Part shown: in pieces, positions 59,007 through 64,000 of the stretch
Layout of the letters: the number at the start of each line of letters is the position of its first letter
How positions within the stretch are numbered: the first letter of the stretch is position 1
Origin: Catajapyx aquilonaris
Taxonomy: Eukaryota
Assembly: GCA_000934665.2 (NCBI GenBank)
Contig: KZ538061.1
Coordinates: 1-64,000 of the forward strand
Direction: 5' to 3'
Length of the DNA: 64,000 nt
The notes under the pieces: generated by a model
Databases searched by the model: none
Told to the model about the DNA's origin: nothing
Seen by the model: only the letters and a program-made list of their open reading frames with translations
Program-made: the position numbers and the translations under genes

Positions 59007-62000
59007 GACTTCGCAGGCTGAGGGGGATGCTGGAAGCAGGAAGAAAGGGCAAGAAGAATGGAGGCAATTAAGGAAAGAGGGAGAAGCAGCACGGAGACAC
59101 GCACAGCTTGTAGCCAAACGGATTATGGGACAGACATTTTTATGCCTGGGAGTTACCTCTCCTGTAGAGAGCAAAAAATTCGCCAGTATCCCTTATCTCC
59201 AACTTGACAAGTTTATCTGAGGAAGCGGCCATCTGGTTTCATCCGGCATGTATGTGCACCACACGTTGATCATACGTGATATCCCCTGCAAATGTGGAAC
59301 TGGCGAAGATATGGCTCATTCCCATAATCGGGCACATGCTATATTTTGTATAAATAATTTGTGCATGAATTCAGTGACGCATGGCTCGTAGATGCTGCGC
59401 CTTTACAGCAAATGTGCACGCTATAAAGTTCTAAATAGCACTTTGCCCACGTAATTACGCACTGTGTGTCCCATTTGATGCCTGCAGGTGCTACTTGGAC
59501 CATAGGCTGCATGAATAAATCGTGTGCTAAATTGCTGGCCAGACATTGAGGTCGACGCACGTTTTTTGGGTGGGGCGTGTCCTGACAGGTGATAATAGAA
59601 GGATCGTCGCATTCCTATCGAATTCTGGGTGTCTGGACATCTTCACTCGTCTCACGTATAATCTGGGATCCCAGCATTTTGGCTCCCTGGCAGACCTTTT
59701 TTTCCTGTGGCTCACTCCTGGCTGCCGGCTTCAAAAACAAATCCCTGGTTGCTGTTGAGCCAAAGAATTACAAGAACTCGGGCGATCCTTCCTGAGGCGG
59801 GCTTTGAGCTTTGTCCTCCCCAGCCCCTCCCCTATATTTCATGTTGGGGAGAGGGGCATCCACTGTGGACTTTTGTCTTGCAGGGGCCATATCCACGTCA
59901 TCGACATCCAAAAAATGGATCTTGGTAATATGCCATCGTCTGAGGGTGTCCTTCGTACCCACAACCCACAGATTCCCAAATTAATATAAGTAATTGCCCA
60001 ATTGCAAGACTCGAGCTTGCGGTCTTCTGTCCATATCAGGAGTCAATTATCTGGCAGGAGGGTGGGTTGGCAGCGCTGTTTATGGCAATTGCGGGGAAGA
60101 ATAGATGATGGGTTCCCCATCCCAATCCATAAAGATCGGGCTTTAGGGGAAGATATACGAGCGTGTTGACACAGACGTTCAATACTGTTCCCCTCTTGTC
60201 CTTCAGCAGTCAGGAAAGTTGCAGGAATTACAAGTGGGGGTTCATTAGCCGGTATCTCCGCGATATCACATCCCCTTGGGCTATCATCAAGCCAGAAATG
60301 CACTATAGCATAACATCCTGGTGGAAGGGTCCTGCCTGACTGGCAAACCAAAGATGCCATCATGTGGTCCATTCCTTATCGTCACATTATATGATACTAT
60401 TTGATCACTTCCTTCCCGAAAACTAATGTATGAAGCAGAGCAGGCATGAGTATGATCACTGGTAATATTAATTGCCTGTTTAGTGCATAGTGTGCTCGGC
60501 AATGCACAACACGACCATCTGTGTGACATTAGCATATTAATATGCCAATACCTGCATATTCTCGCAACATCCCCCGTTAATAATCCGTGTCCATCACCAT
60601 CTGCAAATTACCTCACCCAAAATTCGGGAACAAAAGCATGCATTCACCTGGAAACGCATGCTGCAGACACACACTCATCGTACGATTAATGCCCTTGCAT
60701 CAGGCAGGGGCACTCACCTGCAGCGAAAACCCGTGACGGTCCATAGTATACATCGCCAGGCAGTTATCGACCAGAATGCATGACCTCAAATGCAGCCAAA
60801 GCCACGCCCTCGTTCCTAAAAAAAATGTGTCTCCCAAGTGCTCTTCCCTTGCACATCATTAACCTTATTCTGCACCAGCTTGTAGCCGCAGACATGCTGG
60901 GAAGTCCACCAAAAGACAAACGATATTTCCGTACCCCCATGCTATTTTAGGATCAAAATTCTGCAATTTTTGCCGCATTTATGCTGATGTACCAAGATTA
61001 AAATTAGCCGGGGTTAACTGCCCCGGCCGTAATTTTTCCTCCCCAAATGTTTGCACCGATATGCGTCAACATTGCCTTCGCGAAATGTCATCGTCCGAAG
61101 GCCACCTCCATTGACAAACGATGCAGGTGCGAGTGAGCCTAAATACAACTCTTGGCAACATCTCTTTCTTCCAAGCATCTTCGATTGGTAACCTGTCTTG
61201 GATTGTACAGGGGGGTGAAAAAGTACACGTTTGCGTGAGGGGGAAGTAGTGCGTGAGTTGGACTCGGGGCAGGCCCCAATCCTCAAGTGGCGCTGATGAA
61301 ATTACTTGTCTTGTTTGCTGCCCTAGAATGCTTCCCTAAAGCGGGCAGGAGCCATTCCTCTCTCTCGTCAAAGGTACAGGGCGCTCCTCTTGCGTGATGC
61401 CCCTCGACTTCAGGCCTCACTCCAATCTAATTACTAATATAATTTATCGCCCGCCTTCTTCCCGTATAGGCCTACCCAATAAGGCTTAACGTGCACCTAT
61501 AAAACCAGTCGGCCCTTCAGTCAATCACGCTTATGGCTAACCCACTGCTGGGAGTATACGCCATTTTAGTACACCCATGTATATTCAAGCTGAACGTATG
61601 CTTGTTTTCAGTCCACTGCATGGTGTTTACAACTCCCCTGCAATGCCGTCTCTTCAGCCTCCTCATTGCGCCTAATTCTCGTTAGTGCTTCGAGGATGCA
61701 GCGACCATGCAAAATAGCGTGTGTAAATGCTGCAAATTTGAAGTGCACTGGTGACAACATCCGGGAACGACGCAGACGCTACACTGCACCTTAATCAGCC
61801 CTTCACAATCAGCTCGTTATCAAATCAAAAGACCTGTACAGGTCGCAAGAGCGTATCATCTCCATTAGCCCGTTGCTGTAGAGGAGTTGAGAGGATGGGA
61901 TGGGGGAGACTATACACTGTTATTCATAATCATGGCCATCCTGGTAGCAAGCAAATTTGCGGCCAGGACAAAGCGGCAGGCTGTTTACCCTCGCAAAGCA

Positions 62001-64000
62001 CCATCTTGTCATCTGGCAGGACCTGAGTCCGATAACTCAATCCATGTACCCCTGAATCCTCATCACCACCTTTCTTTACGAGCCTTGCTATTGCATAAAT
62101 AAATATATGGTCGGGTCAGGAATTTGAGCTCACGACCCTGTATTTTTAGGACTCTTATTTATAGCCGCGAATATGCAGTCTGCGCTATGAAACGCAGCAA
62201 AAATTAGCGCGCGGGGGCGTAAACAAAAATGAGGCCTGCTAACGAGCTGATCTGCTGCCGAATTAATGCCGCGTGACGCTGCTTGTTTTTTTATAGGTGT
62301 ACACTATGGGGGATACCAGCACATGGTCAGCGTGTCATGTCCTGGACCTTCCGCAGGATTAAGCAATCTGGCACGCCGCATTTGCATGTGTCCACCTAAC
62401 CCCCTCCCCCTATGAACCCCTATTGTGCAGCGCAAATGCTCATTATTGCACTGACATGCTCATTTTCGCCGGATTAAAATAAATTCCCGGCGTGTACGCA
62501 GGATTGAACTTCCGCGTGATTTGAAAGGGGGCAATGACACCCGGCTAGTTTTATCGTATACTTGGCTGAACACCTGGCTTACGGCACGCTGATGTAACGT
62601 GGAGGTGACAACACAGCCGCGCGACCGCATATTTGTTTATATGGAATACCCTAAGGAGGTCTGGGTATACCGTATATGTAGAAATAATGCAATGTGTCTG
62701 CCCAACTTGATGGTCGTTTTATGGCACTTCCTTGCACTTGCCTCACGCAATATCCACTCATTGTCCTAGGCTAGTGCCATACGTATTGGTCTCTAACTAA
62801 CCCATAAAACAGACACCACCCCCATAAATTCCTGCGCAGTTCGCAATATTTACAAGTTACAGGCCTGCGCCTTTGACCACCGGGTAGGCCCTAAAAGTCA
62901 GCAACAACGGACGGACACGTCGGATTTTTAGCCCCAGATTGATGGAGTTGTCAGCACTTGTTCATTTGACTGTTACACCGGTATTTAATTCGCATTACAA
63001 GCGGGGGAATGGCCGCTCCCATCTCCCCACCCCTACCCACACCCTACATGTGCAAACACAATTTCCCAGTTATTCCCTCACTAAACAACTCCATTACGAG
63101 CCGAGCTAAATATTGAATGGGGGATCCAGGCAGCAACAATGTGATGTCGCGGGAAGGGGGGAGGGGGGGGGGGGGNGGGGGGGTGGCCCAGCAGCAGCCG
63201 AAATCCTCTGGAAATCGGTGCATCAGGAGCTGTGGTCGGCGTGGTTGCCCAGGGCCAAACCCAGCACATGCTCCGGACGCCTCCTTTCCACTGGGTCCCA
63301 GCTATGAATCAATAGAGCAGCAGCACTGGAACGGAGGCCCTCCACCAGAGGATGTCACCATCCTTGCCCGTGTTATGGAAAACCAGAAACTGGGGCACGG
63401 AAGTGCTCAACTATTACACTCGGGAACTATCTGTTCCATATTGTGTCGAGCAGACAAAAAAAGGTGGGCCCGATTCATTTGGCAGGGGCGGGAACTATGC
63501 TGCCATAATTGCAGTTGAAGTCAATGATTTCAATATATGGTGACGAATATACCTATTGTTAACCCCCAGCAACCACATAATATTATGACGGACACTTTTT
63601 TTTCATAAGAAAGCGAGGCCAGCAATTGTTTGCTCACTGAGAGAACATAGTACCAAGAAATCCATATCCTCACGTGACGAAATCCCGCCTTCTATAAGCC
63701 GTTACGTTATGTAACGCCTTTTCGACACCGTACCCTGCAGCGTGTACACAACACACTGCAAAAATATTATTCGCCCATCATTCCACCAAAAACCTGAACC
63801 GAGCTGTAATTAAGGATTCGAAATCGAAAACAACCCTCCACATCCTCATTGTAAGGTCAAAACATCCGCTAAAAAGGTGAACCAGGAAAACCTTCCATTG
63901 AAACCCCAGAACAAAAAGGTGATAATTGCACCTCTTCTCAACCGGGCCAATTTTTCATTCACACTAACGAAATACTACGCCCGTGCTCTACACCCTCCGA

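Noticed and set aside
58668..59220. 168-aa ORF and overlapping frames as the missing CDK14 first exon
   Set aside because: Driven by the (CT)n tract; no similarity to the expected Eip63E N-terminus and no suitable phase-1 donor.
1..64000. CRISPR arrays, operons or other prokaryote-type systems
   Set aside because: The sequence is clearly eukaryotic with spliceosomal introns; no repeat-spacer array of suitable size and no dense coding regions.

Overview
Eukaryotic animal genomic DNA, probably arthropod judging from the Eip63E-like N-terminal exons. Two convergent protein-coding genes are supported. (1) An F-box/leucine-rich-repeat (FBXL-type) gene on + with its main exon at about 2827-3978 and possibly two small upstream exons. 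(2) A PFTAIRE-type cyclin-dependent kinase (CDK14/Eip63E orthologue) on -, with eight phase-consistent exons traced between 35668 and 6632. Its 5'-most coding exon was not found, so roughly 36-64 kb is probably one large intron. The rest is non-coding: an intact Harbinger/Tourist-type MITE (842-1282) apparently nested in an older DNA-transposon remnant, several palindromic elements, microsatellites and candidate cis-regulatory motifs. I found no rRNA, tRNA, CRISPR array or transposase/RT coding sequence, and no multi-gene novel system. The best leads are a possible mitochondrial-presequence isoform of the FBXL gene, a stop-free 66-nt intron in the kinase, a 13-bp-phased TGCGCA array, a multi-palindrome element, and an excess of TACAGTA/TACTGTA motifs resembling Tc1/mariner excision footprints.
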